Below, one piece after another: positions 8,688 to 18,021 of a DNA stretch of 49,229 bases. Within the stretch, counting starts at the first letter, position 1; each line of letters begins with the position of its first letter. This stretch comes from an uncultured Ruminococcus sp. (lineage in GTDB: Bacteria > Bacillota > Clostridia > Oscillospirales > Acutalibacteraceae). The stretch spans positions 1-49,229 of the forward strand of contig CADBUN010000208.1 of the NCBI GenBank assembly GCA_902797825.1, in the 5' to 3' direction. Both the position numbers and the translations under genes were made by a program. A model generated the notes under the pieces. That model was given only the letters and a program-made list of their open reading frames with translations, did not search any database and had not been told where the DNA came from.

Positions 8688-8855
8688 ATGAAGATCAACG
8701 TAAAAGGAGAACACGTATCTGAAAAAATCATTACTATGTATGTCACCGAGCTTGTCAAGGCTCACCCCGATAAGCATATCGACGCGGTCGATATCTTTGT
8801 GGACGGTGATAAAATGAAGGTCAGGATGATTCACGATCTTGATCGTACCGCTTGA
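8688..8855 (+). CDS. 55-aa small protein, absent from the ORF track
   Basis: GAGGAG RBS; MKINVKGEHVSEKIITMYVTELVKAHPDKHIDAVDIFVDGDKMKVRMIHDLDRTA; TG-c-TACAAT -10 at 8628-8636. Confidence 0.75.
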   Translation: MKINVKGEHVSEKIITMYVTELVKAHPDKHIDAVDIFVDGDKMKVRMIHDLDRTA

Positions 8856-8975
8856 AACGAGAGCGGAGAAGAGATTCCGCAATAAGCATAGACTTGTCCC
8901 TGTCGTAACGCAATACGCTAACCACTGTTTACATCTATTCAGGGTTACGACGAACGGCATACTATCCTCTGTTAC

Positions 8976-9005
8976 AAAACCGCCGCTTTTCACAGCGGCG
9001 GTTTT
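8976..9005. terminator. Bidirectional intrinsic terminator
   Basis: AAAACCGCCGCT-tttcac-AGCGGCGGTTTT. Confidence 0.85.
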
Positions 9006-9017
9006 CTTATACTTATA

Positions 9018-9791
9018 TCATTCTGTATGATCTTCCGTATCGGTTCCATTTTCCGTTAATCGGTCGTCGGTCATGGCATCAGCCTCGGTATTTTGCGGCT
9101 TTGCGGCTGACTTTTTTCCGAGGATGATCCCGGTTATCACCAGCGCCGCTATCAGGATAACGATCCCGGCGCCGATCAGGAGGAATTTCAGCGAATCGCT
9201 TTTTCTCAGGTCGATCCATCCGCCGGCTGTCGCGTCGGCAGGCTCGTCGCGTTCCGATGCTTCCCTAAGCGAGGAGCGCGATCCGGACGTATGCTTTCCC
9301 GATACCGATGACGCTTTGGCAGAGGTCTTGACGGCAGAATCTTCCACCACATCGTCCTTCCCCAGCTTCACCTCAATCGACGAATCCGAAAAGCCGCCGA
9401 TCGACCTCGGCTCTCCGTCCGACGCCTGAGAAATGTGCAGCCGAAAGACACAGGCGCCGGCTTGCAGCGCCTTGAACGCAACGCGGCACAGCTTGCCCTT
9501 TCGGGCGCCGCTGTCTGCCAGCGCCAGCTTCACCACGCCGTTCTCGCTTGCGGCGCGCACAGCGGAGGACTTCTCAACAGCGCTTGCCTCCCTGTATTCG
9601 ACCATGCTCCTGTCAAAGCTCAGCTCCATCACCGCTGCGCTGATCTCAACAGTGGTGTAAACATCTATATAAAACACGGTGCTATTCTCGGTTTTCGGCG
9701 TATACTCACAGTAAAAACCGCTTTCTGCCGCGCATGGGATTCCAAGAAAAATCATCACCAGCCCGAGCATCAACGCCGCTGTTCGCCTCAC
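9018..9791 (-). CDS. Secreted, C-terminally anchored protein with cohesin-like domain
   Basis: Signal peptide, beta-rich domain (ELSFDRSMVEY...GKLCRVAFKALQAG), Ser/Thr-rich linker, TM helix plus KK; GTG start. Confidence 0.7.
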   Translation of the reverse strand: MRRTAALMLGLVMIFLGIPCAAESGFYCEYTPKTENSTVFYIDVYTTVEISAAVMELSFDRSMVEYREASAVEKSSAVRAASENGVVKLALADSGARKGKLCRVAFKALQAGACVFRLHISQASDGEPRSIGGFSDSSIEVKLGKDDVVEDSAVKTSAKASSVSGKHTSGSRSSLREASERDEPADATAGGWIDLRKSDSLKFLLIGAGIVILIAALVITGIILGKKSAAKPQNTEADAMTDDRLTENGTDTEDHTE

Positions 9792-10053
9792 CGCCTACAC
9801 CGCCTCTCTGTTCCCTGACTTCATCATACATGAAACGACGGAATTTGTCTATAGGCAAAGCCTATCTCATTTGGTTTTATTGTAAGTTATTCGCTTTTTC
9901 ACGCAAAAATGCGGAGAAATACGCGGTATTATTTCATGTTCTTGTTCAACATGGTGAGCATACTATCGGCAAACAAGATAATCTACACCCTACTAAATGC
10001 ATCCGCTTTTTAACTCTTCTCCGTCATCATTCCCGAAAAGTCAAATACTTTGC

Positions 10054-10455
10054 TCATTCCCCTTTTTGATCAGCTCTGAGATGCACCAAATGCGCCACAG
10101 AGGGAATGCTCTGCTTTTGCATCACGGTCGTCGGACTCAGCAGCGCGCCTGTCGGCACAAACAGGATATTGCGATACAGTCCGCTTTTCACACCGTCAAG
10201 GATATAACCGCACAATACCGAGGCACAACAGCCGCAGCCGGAGCCCCCGGCGTGGACGTCCTGGCTCTCGTCAAATATCATCATTCCGCAGTCGCTGTGA
10301 CGTTCGCCGAGATCAACGCCTTGCTCCGCGAGCAGATCGCGCAGCAGCCGAGAGCCGACGCGCCCCAAGTCTCCCGTAAAAATCATATCATAGTCCTCTA
10401 CCATACTCTCAGACGCCCTGAGATACCGATAGATGGTGTCCGCCGCCGCAGGTGC
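10054..10455 (-). pseudogene. spoVAD: 3' part (133 codons) of stage V sporulation protein AD; 5' part missing, possibly a split gene
   Basis: APAAADTI, YDMIFTGDLG, DCG, GGSGCGC, TGALLSP, SIPSVAH; upstream in-frame sequence is unrelated and has no credible RBS/start. Confidence 0.9.
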
Positions 10456-10601
10456 TGATGGTAGCTTGGGAACATAGCAGTAGGAGGTGATATACGACAC
10501 AAAAAGGTTAGCAATGCCTTGACATTTGACGGGGCAAGGAAAAATCACATAATAAAAGCTTGAGAATAACTGTTATAAGATTCAAGTTAAGCCCTTTTGA
10601 A

Positions 10602-11483
10602 TCACTTGTTTCTCATCATCCAGATGCGATTCTGAATACTCTTTTTCGCATAATATAACTTCTGATGAAACCGTGATAATACAGCTTTAATTGACTTTGA
10701 AGATTCGCTTCGCCTGGCTTCTTCAATTTCCTTTTCACGAATCTCATGAACGTCTTTTTCGGTCAGGATTCCTCTTTTATTAAAGTCATATTCAATTCCA
10801 TGTTCCCTGCATAACCCGACCGTGTTCTCTAACCATTTTCCGTGCCAGATCCCATAACCGCCAAATTTGTTGGCATTATAAGGAATCAGCGGTTTCCCGA
10901 CTTGAGAAGAATAATACTCTCCCTCCCAAAACTTTGTCCTTAGGATTCCGTTCCCCTCACATTCCCATGGGTTTTCACCGGGAAGAATATTCTTTAACAG
11001 ACCGGATTTTCTGCAAAGCATGATATTCAACGTGGATCTGAACGAATCGGGAGTATCATAATTAAAACCGGGGTATTTTTCGCTGGGAATGCAGTTTTTG
11101 GATTCCTGAGTTTCCATGGCTCGAAAACACATTACCTCCGGGTTTTCATCCATCCATCTGATGCATTGCTTCACCCTATCGGTATCCACTTCATCAATGA
11201 TCAAATCATCGTCTAAAAACATCAAGATGTATTCTGTGTCAATCCTTTTTATGTTTTCAATTAATCGTGTGGTCCATTCCGGTGCCGCATCAGGCTGCGG
11301 ATATATATGAAACGATTGGATCCGATCGTTCGGCATATTCGGGTGGACATAGGATTTTGATTCCGTATTCAGTACGACCGGATACGGACAATCGCTCCAA
11401 TGGATTCGAAACAGCTCAAAGAAAACGAACCATACATCAGAATAAGCATCGCAACTATTCACAAGTATTGTACAATTCTCCAT
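10602..11483 (-). CDS. Unclassified putative GT-A glycosyltransferase
   Basis: ILVNSCDAYSDVW, FLDDD, ENPWECE; paralog of 17022-17915; AGGAGG RBS. Confidence 0.6.
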   Translation of the reverse strand: MENCTILVNSCDAYSDVWFVFFELFRIHWSDCPYPVVLNTESKSYVHPNMPNDRIQSFHIYPQPDAAPEWTTRLIENIKRIDTEYILMFLDDDLIIDEVDTDRVKQCIRWMDENPEVMCFRAMETQESKNCIPSEKYPGFNYDTPDSFRSTLNIMLCRKSGLLKNILPGENPWECEGNGILRTKFWEGEYYSSQVGKPLIPYNANKFGGYGIWHGKWLENTVGLCREHGIEYDFNKRGILTEKDVHEIREKEIEEARRSESSKSIKAVLSRFHQKLYYAKKSIQNRIWMMRNK

Positions 11484-11760
11484 TTTTCCTCCTTTTACTC
11501 TCTCTTACATTGATGATCGCTACAATTGATTATCGACTGTTTCTGCAAAGCACTTTAATTTTTCTTATGCACTGAAAACTAAATCCTTTGCTGTTTCAGA
11601 TTATCATCCGGAGTTCAAATTAACACTCGCTGATCCACAAAACGGGAAACAGGAAGTTCGATTTCAATGAGCATTCGCTTACTCTATTTATCCGAAAGCT
11701 GCCTTATCTTATGCTGATCATCTTAAAAGCCGCTATATAGAATTTGTGGTTGTGTCGGCA

Positions 11761-13674
11761 TTAATGTTTCTTTTGATATAAATAATACTCTCTATAACTA
11801 TTCTTGGTGTTTTCAAAGGAAGCCGCAGAAACATATTCATACTGGTTAAACCTAGATGTATCCAACGTTTCTTCTGTTGTCACAACATAATCAATAAGAC
11901 CGTTTTCCACATAGTAGTCTTGCGTTTTTTTGATTTCTTCCTTTGGCATATTTATTTTGCAAAAATACTTACAAGTCGGCATGATATCACTAACCGTGTA
12001 GAAGCCGTTATCACGATACCCATAGTTTAACAATGTCGGGTTTTCGGTCTCCGATATATATTTATCGAATTTGTATTGAGGTAAATCTTCTTTACTGTAT
12101 TTTAGCATATACGTGTTGGGACAGAAAGAATACATACAGAAAACACATAAAGCATAAGTCAACAGCAAAACCGGAATTACCAAGCGTTTCATCGGCTTTT
12201 TGGCGGTTTTTTTCTGTTCATATTTTTCCTTCAAACAGCGAATCACAGAAACAAATAACAGTATTCCAAAGGGTACATACACAGAAAGCAAGAACGAATA
12301 ATACTTGTAACTGCGACCTCCCGAATAGATAAAGAAGAAAGAGAACAGCAGCGTTGTCAGAGAATAAATCATCAGTTTATCTTTTTTCCTTAGTAAAAAG
12401 ATAAATCCGGCGAAGATCATCACAAAGCCGATCAAATAACTGTCAATGGCGGAGGAAAATCCATTACATAGGTTTTCTATTAAACTGCGAAGTCTGTTTC
12501 CGGAATCATTAACTGAATATACAAATATATTATCATAAAAATATACTTGGTACAAATCAGCAACAGCAGAGTTGATAATGAAATATACCAGGACAGGCAC
12601 GCTGATTAATAAAACACCCGCAAACAACGAAGCAACGGCTTGAAATAAATCTTTTATCCATCTGTTCTTCAGATAAATAACAGCAAAAACCAAGCCAAAG
12701 CCTATGTAGAATCCTAAAAGTGAAAACTTAACCCATAAGATCGCTCCGGATGTTATGCCGATGATAAGCCACTCTAGGAGCCTGATTCTTTTGCCGTTAA
12801 CGATTGACTTTATTCCGAAATAATGACATAAAGCGACGCAGGGTAAGCATATCTCTTCGGCAGATCCGCCGAGAGATAAAGCCGGTGAACTGTAGATAAT
12901 AACCGCAAGAATCGGAAATGTATAAATTATTCTACTTGATGTGAATAAGCAAAGCGTTTTATAAGATATCAGCAAGAAACAAAAGCACGTAATGATTTCA
13001 AGCACATAAGCGCCTACAAAAGTAGTGTGAGAAATCAAATATACAACTGTGAATAGAAAATACAGAATCGGACCTTTCTGCTCATAAATATCCTTATAAA
13101 TCACCATATCGTTAGTGACAGATTTTCCGACTGTAAAAAACGCATTTACATCTACCCAGTTATTAAAAGGATAGATCGGAGAAGACTTGGAACAAATCGT
13201 AATGCATATGACTGACGTTATCAAAATAATCACGATCGCCTTTAGCGATAGCTTTTTTTCTGAAGATATAGCATTACCGCTGTCATCCGGGAGATATTCA
13301 GCCAGTTTCTTCAGTAATAAAACAATAACTAAGAAACATCCGACAGCAAGCACAAAGGTCAACGTAAATAGGAAAAGATTCTTAACAAGATTATGATGAA
13401 AGCATAGCGCTAACAATACTTTTGATCCTATCCATGCATTGATAAACCTCATTCCAAGGCATAAAGAAACGACGCCTGCTAAAAAAGTGATTCCTTTATT
13501 ATCCAAAAATATTGTTTTCGAAATTCCGCTATAAAGCTTACTTTTTAAAACAACGATCAAAAAGCATACTGATATAATAAAGGCAATTATAATGCCTGTC
13601 GTTGAAGGAACAAGATTGATCAAAAATAATGACAACAAAGATAGCGATACAGCTATCCCGGATTTTGTATTCAT
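11761..13674 (-). CDS. Polytopic membrane glycosyltransferase (GT-C, ArnT/PMT-like)
   Basis: More than 12 TM segments; SSPIYPFNNWVDVNAF, YKDIYEQKGP, AEE motifs. Confidence 0.7.
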   Translation of the reverse strand: MNTKSGIAVSLSLLSLFLINLVPSTTGIIIAFIISVCFLIVVLKSKLYSGISKTIFLDNKGITFLAGVVSLCLGMRFINAWIGSKVLLALCFHHNLVKNLFLFTLTFVLAVGCFLVIVLLLKKLAEYLPDDSGNAISSEKKLSLKAIVIILITSVICITICSKSSPIYPFNNWVDVNAFFTVGKSVTNDMVIYKDIYEQKGPILYFLFTVVYLISHTTFVGAYVLEIITCFCFLLISYKTLCLFTSSRIIYTFPILAVIIYSSPALSLGGSAEEICLPCVALCHYFGIKSIVNGKRIRLLEWLIIGITSGAILWVKFSLLGFYIGFGLVFAVIYLKNRWIKDLFQAVASLFAGVLLISVPVLVYFIINSAVADLYQVYFYDNIFVYSVNDSGNRLRSLIENLCNGFSSAIDSYLIGFVMIFAGFIFLLRKKDKLMIYSLTTLLFSFFFIYSGGRSYKYYSFLLSVYVPFGILLFVSVIRCLKEKYEQKKTAKKPMKRLVIPVLLLTYALCVFCMYSFCPNTYMLKYSKEDLPQYKFDKYISETENPTLLNYGYRDNGFYTVSDIMPTCKYFCKINMPKEEIKKTQDYYVENGLIDYVVTTEETLDTSRFNQYEYVSAASFENTKNSYREYYLYQKKH

Positions 13675-13920
13675 ATAATCCCACCAAATATTTATCAAAA
13701 GTGTTCAGAAAGGCTGAGCATCATTAACGTAACGGTAAATCAAATGAAAGATTCGCTGATAAGTTCTGAATGCCGTAACCATCTATCAAAACGTCTATCT
13801 CTTGCCGCCATAAACGCATTGAATTGTCCTCTGAACGATTAATCAACTTTCTTTCGTTACAGTGTCAATACCCGATTGATATACTGAGCGTCGGTGTATT
13901 CGATATCTAACCGAAATTAA

Positions 13921-15036
13921 TTACGTTAACACAAGCCGTTTAAGCCATTTAATCAATTTAAACATCCAATTCAAGAGCTTATCACATATCATTACTGCGA
14001 TGTAATTAAGCTTCAGCTTCTCAAAAGCAAATAGTCGTACTCTGTCAATCAATAAGCAGAGGATAAAAATCGCGAGCGCGGAGCCAAGAACAAGTAACGG
14101 AATCTTCCATATAGAAGCATCTGCAATAAATAAAAACTTGTCCGTAATGATATGGTTTTTTATGTATGGGTGCTCATGAATCAAATAGACGCCAAAGGCA
14201 GCCGGTGAAAAGAATTTTATTATGTTACATAGCGGTTTAGGTGCTTTAATCTGCGAAAAGAGTATGACCAAAAAAATAGCGGTTCCAAGAGTAAAAATTG
14301 ATACATAATCAATAAGATAAATATCTAATACAAATGGCAGAAAACCGGAGACGACAGAATAAATGAAAGGAATCAGCACAAAAAATACTAACAGTATCAG
14401 TGCTTTTTTCTTTTTTATTTTTTCCGGGATTCTACATTTTTTCAACCAACAGCCTATGATATACAATAATGCAAGCCATATAAAGCTGTATCCGCCCGAC
14501 AAACGAAAGCCGGTTTTGTCACGCTGAAAAAAGGTCGTATATACAGAGAATACGCAAATGATAATCACAGCTAGGACACTCGTTTGTCGTTCGCTCAGTC
14601 CTCTGATTAGTTTATTGATCCACGGCATCATCAAAAACAACGCTGTATACTCAGTAAAATACCAATATTGATTAAATGATACCGGGAATAATGAGTGAAT
14701 AATCTCCTTTTTACCAACAGCGCCCGGTTGAATCATGCCGAAAATAAGCGTTATGACCAGGCTGTAAAAAAACACCTGGATCCACATTTTTCCATACTTC
14801 GCATAATTCAACGGCTTTTCATTATCTTTATAACCAACATACCCGCTTATGATCGCATAACAATCAACGGCACAGAATGAAAACGTTTCCAAAAAATAAC
14901 AAAGATAATATTCCTTACCGCCCGTAGAAGCAAGAACTCCACCTTGCCCTAAAACATGTAGAATCACTACCAAAAACATGGCAATTAATCTCAGAGCGTC
15001 AATACCGTAGTTACGTTCTGTTTGTATATCAGCCAA
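13921..15036 (-). CDS. Acyltransferase 3 (OafA-like) membrane O-acyltransferase
   Basis: GIDALRLIAMFLVVILH, ISGY, YWY, FGVYLIH; TTG start. Confidence 0.88.
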   Translation of the reverse strand: MADIQTERNYGIDALRLIAMFLVVILHVLGQGGVLASTGGKEYYLCYFLETFSFCAVDCYAIISGYVGYKDNEKPLNYAKYGKMWIQVFFYSLVITLIFGMIQPGAVGKKEIIHSLFPVSFNQYWYFTEYTALFLMMPWINKLIRGLSERQTSVLAVIIICVFSVYTTFFQRDKTGFRLSGGYSFIWLALLYIIGCWLKKCRIPEKIKKKKALILLVFFVLIPFIYSVVSGFLPFVLDIYLIDYVSIFTLGTAIFLVILFSQIKAPKPLCNIIKFFSPAAFGVYLIHEHPYIKNHIITDKFLFIADASIWKIPLLVLGSALAIFILCLLIDRVRLFAFEKLKLNYIAVMICDKLLNWMFKLIKWLKRLVLT

Positions 15037-15063
15037 ACTTTTTCACCCTTCCTGTCATATCAA

Positions 15064-16260
15064 CTACACCGGTTCAAAGAAAGTATCCGAATGATTTGGA
15101 TCGAACAGCTCATTTGCCCACATAAGGGTAACGAGATTCTCGGTATCGCTGAGATTGATGATATTGTGCGTCCAGCCGGGGATCATATGGACGGCTTCAA
15201 TCTTATCGCCGCTGACCTCAAAAGCGACCTTCTCACCCGTATGGATATTGCGCTCCTCTATCCTCGCGCGACCTGATACAACGATGAAAAACTCCCACTT
15301 GCTGTTATGCCAGTGCTGCCCCTTCGTGATGCCGGGCTTCGAGATATTCACGCTGAACTGACCGTGATCCGCCGTCTTGAGCAACTCGGTAAACGATCCT
15401 CGATCGTCACAATTCATCTTCAATTCGAATTTGAAATCAGAAGTAGGCAGATAGCTCAGATACAGGCTGTAGAGCTTCTTCGCAAAACTGCCGTCGGGGA
15501 TCGGCGGCACGATCAGGGTATCATGCTGCGCCTTGAAAGTTTCCAACAAATCTACGATCTCACCGAGAGTAACCTTATACGTCAACGGCACATAACAGTA
15601 CCGACCGTCAGCCTTCTCAACCGGCGTCAAGCCGTCATACTGACAGCGCTTCTCCTTGCCCTCAAGCAGGTCGAACATCGCCTCCACCAGATCGTCTATG
15701 TAGAGAAGCTCCACCTCGGAGCTGCGATCATTGACGGTAAACGGCAGATCATTCGCCACAGCGTTGCAGAAGGTCGATACGGCGCTGTTGTAGTTCGGGC
15801 GGCTGTGCCCCATGAGATTCGGGAAGCGGTACACCGCTACCTTGACGCCGTTTTCTTCACCGTATTTGAAGAAAAGCTCTTCACCGGCAAGCTTGCTCTT
15901 GCCGTAATCGCTCTCACCGTAGCGACCTATCAAGGTCGCCTGAATAGACGACGACAGCATCAGCGAAGCTTTATTATTGTACTTCTTCAAAGTATCTAAC
16001 AACTTCGATCCAAATCCGAAATTGCCCTGCATAAACTCCGCGTTATCCTTGGGGCGGTTCACACCCGCAAGATTGAACACGAAGTCAGCCTTACGGCAAT
16101 ACTCCTCCAGCTCAGCCTCAGTCGAGTCGATATCATATCCATAGATCTCTTCAATTGTCAGCGTAGGTCTGGTGCGGTTCTTCCCATCGCGAATATTCTT
16201 CAGATTCGCGACCAAAGCCTGTCCGACCATCCCCTTAGCGCCGGTAACTAATATGTTCAT
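15064..16260 (-). CDS. fnlB: UDP-L-FucNAc pathway reductase/epimerase (CapF/WbjC)
   Basis: TGAKGMVG, NLAGVNRP, YGKSK, C-terminal cupin DDRGSFTE...GITKGQHWH. Confidence 0.92.
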   Translation of the reverse strand: MNILVTGAKGMVGQALVANLKNIRDGKNRTRPTLTIEEIYGYDIDSTEAELEEYCRKADFVFNLAGVNRPKDNAEFMQGNFGFGSKLLDTLKKYNNKASLMLSSSIQATLIGRYGESDYGKSKLAGEELFFKYGEENGVKVAVYRFPNLMGHSRPNYNSAVSTFCNAVANDLPFTVNDRSSEVELLYIDDLVEAMFDLLEGKEKRCQYDGLTPVEKADGRYCYVPLTYKVTLGEIVDLLETFKAQHDTLIVPPIPDGSFAKKLYSLYLSYLPTSDFKFELKMNCDDRGSFTELLKTADHGQFSVNISKPGITKGQHWHNSKWEFFIVVSGRARIEERNIHTGEKVAFEVSGDKIEAVHMIPGWTHNIINLSDTENLVTLMWANELFDPNHSDTFFEPV

Positions 16261-16270
16261 GCTATCCCTC

Positions 16271-16969
16271 TTATTCTTCGTTTAACCAACTGATATAATC
16301 GATATCATCCAAATATCGCTTGCAAGCCGATATTCCGTGCTTGTGTTCCAGAATTTTTCCCGAAAAATATGATTCATCGTAAATATCCGAGTATTGAATC
16401 CTTCGATCGCTGTATCGGGTGTTTGTCACAGCGAGTTTATGGCGAAAAGGCAAACGCAAGAATCTTTCTACATGTTCATCGGAGGTTGATTTCCCCATTT
16501 CCATAAAGATAAAGAGGTTATCTTTATGAATACGTTTGCTTCTTTCATACCATTTGTTTGCTGCTTCCTCAAATGATTTGTAGTGAATAAAATAAATATG
16601 AATCGTTTGATGATCCGGGAGAGTAATAACTCCAACCGGATAGTCATACTCTGTATCCTTCTCTTCAATGATTCTTAAATTCAACACGTCAAATAAGTTT
16701 TCAACAAATAATAAGTAATCATCAGCAGGGATATAAAGATTAATCGTGGGGGATAAAAACCGATGTTTTAGGTCATGATACATGATTCCCCCGCAACAAT
16801 TATTGCTGATAATGGTAAAGTCTTTGTTTTTTAATCGAAAAGCTCTTAATCGTGTGTATGCTTTCTGGTAGGCATTTCTAATGCTGTTTTTTATTGTGTT
16901 TTTGTTCTCTTGATTGACGTTCTTGTTTTCTGCTGACGCTCGCTTTTCATTTTCGCTGTTCATGCTCAT
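16271..16969 (-). CDS. DUF1919 family exopolysaccharide biosynthesis protein
   Basis: FTIISNNCCGG, SPTINL, YPVG, FIHY, KWYERSKRI. Confidence 0.85.
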   Translation of the reverse strand: MSMNSENEKRASAENKNVNQENKNTIKNSIRNAYQKAYTRLRAFRLKNKDFTIISNNCCGGIMYHDLKHRFLSPTINLYIPADDYLLFVENLFDVLNLRIIEEKDTEYDYPVGVITLPDHQTIHIYFIHYKSFEEAANKWYERSKRIHKDNLFIFMEMGKSTSDEHVERFLRLPFRHKLAVTNTRYSDRRIQYSDIYDESYFSGKILEHKHGISACKRYLDDIDYISWLNEE

Positions 16970-17021
16970 ATCTCGATAGCTCCTTTAAGCGATCCCTCAA
17001 AGTCTTTTATCGTATTAACCA

Positions 17022-17915
17022 TTATCCCTTCGCCTGAAGGCGAGATTTAACTCTCCTGATAAGTCTGATAAAAGGATCGGGCGTGATCGTATGTAAAAAA
17101 ACACGAAATCCGGAGGGCTCGGGGTCTCCGTTGTTTGCCATCTCTGCCATCGTCTTTTCTATCTCTTCGAAATCCTTCCATGTCTCCCGTTTAGAAAAGT
17201 CCGCTTTGATGCCGTGCTCTTCAAAAAGCTTTTTATTATTAAAATTCCACTTTCCTCCCAAGACGCCGATCCCATGTACCGGTCCCAGTCTGAATGGATA
17301 CACGAGTCCCTTCTCTCGTGCCATATCCGGCTCTAAGGAATAAAAGTCCCATCGACTCTTATAGGCTCGCAAAGAACCGTTTTCTTCATATTCCCAAGGG
17401 GATTCACTTTGTCTGATCAGTTTTTCTAAAATCTCTTTTCTCCAAATAGCTGCCGTACAACACACAAGCAGATTGGGGTATACTTTATCGAGTAGGATAT
17501 ACCTCGGGTTCTTCTCAGAAACCTTGCCTAAAGAGCCTACAGGATATAGAACAACGTTGGCAATGTTCCTGTCCTGTTTCATCCAGTTAACAATATCACC
17601 GATTTCCTCTTCGTTTACCTTATTCAACAAGAAATAATCGTCCATCAAAAACAAAACAAATTCGGAAGGAATACTCTTCAACGCGTGCAAAAGCCTTTGA
17701 GACCATGTTGCCTTTTGCGGATAGTTTATGGCATTTACTTGAAACGTGTCATGCTTATTCTCATACGACTTTGTCTCTGTATTGAGATAAATTGGATATT
17801 TGACATCAGGCCAATAAATATTCATCAGTTCAAAAAAGGGATACCATAAATCATCATATTTATCACAGCTGTTAACCAGTATGCTTAAATCCATATCGTT
17901 TAAAGAATTACTCAT
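17022..17915 (-). CDS. Unclassified putative GT-A glycosyltransferase
   Basis: ILVNSCDKYDDLW, LMDDY, ESPWEYE; GGAG RBS before ATG 17915. Confidence 0.6.
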   Translation of the reverse strand: MSNSLNDMDLSILVNSCDKYDDLWYPFFELMNIYWPDVKYPIYLNTETKSYENKHDTFQVNAINYPQKATWSQRLLHALKSIPSEFVLFLMDDYFLLNKVNEEEIGDIVNWMKQDRNIANVVLYPVGSLGKVSEKNPRYILLDKVYPNLLVCCTAAIWRKEILEKLIRQSESPWEYEENGSLRAYKSRWDFYSLEPDMAREKGLVYPFRLGPVHGIGVLGGKWNFNNKKLFEEHGIKADFSKRETWKDFEEIEKTMAEMANNGDPEPSGFRVFLHTITPDPFIRLIRRVKSRLQAKG

Positions 17916-18021
17916 ATTGATCACTCCGTTAATCAAAATCTCTATCTCTATCAATTCATTGCAAGCAGGTGTCGAATCTCAAATGGTGATACCACGAATA
18001 TGATTCTTATGATTATTTGAC

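Noticed and set aside
8616-9030. ORFs 8616-8993 (-) and 8839-9030 (+)
   Set aside because: No RBS; they overlap the better-supported 55-aa gene and the terminator
10011-10057. Short ORF MSKVFDFSGMMTEKS overlapping the spoVAD stop as spoVAE
   Set aside because: Only 15 codons with no similarity to hydrophobic SpoVAE
10456-10548. N-terminal 31 codons of the 164-aa ORF as a real SpoVAD start
   Set aside because: No SpoVAD similarity and no RBS; chance open frame across the breakpoint
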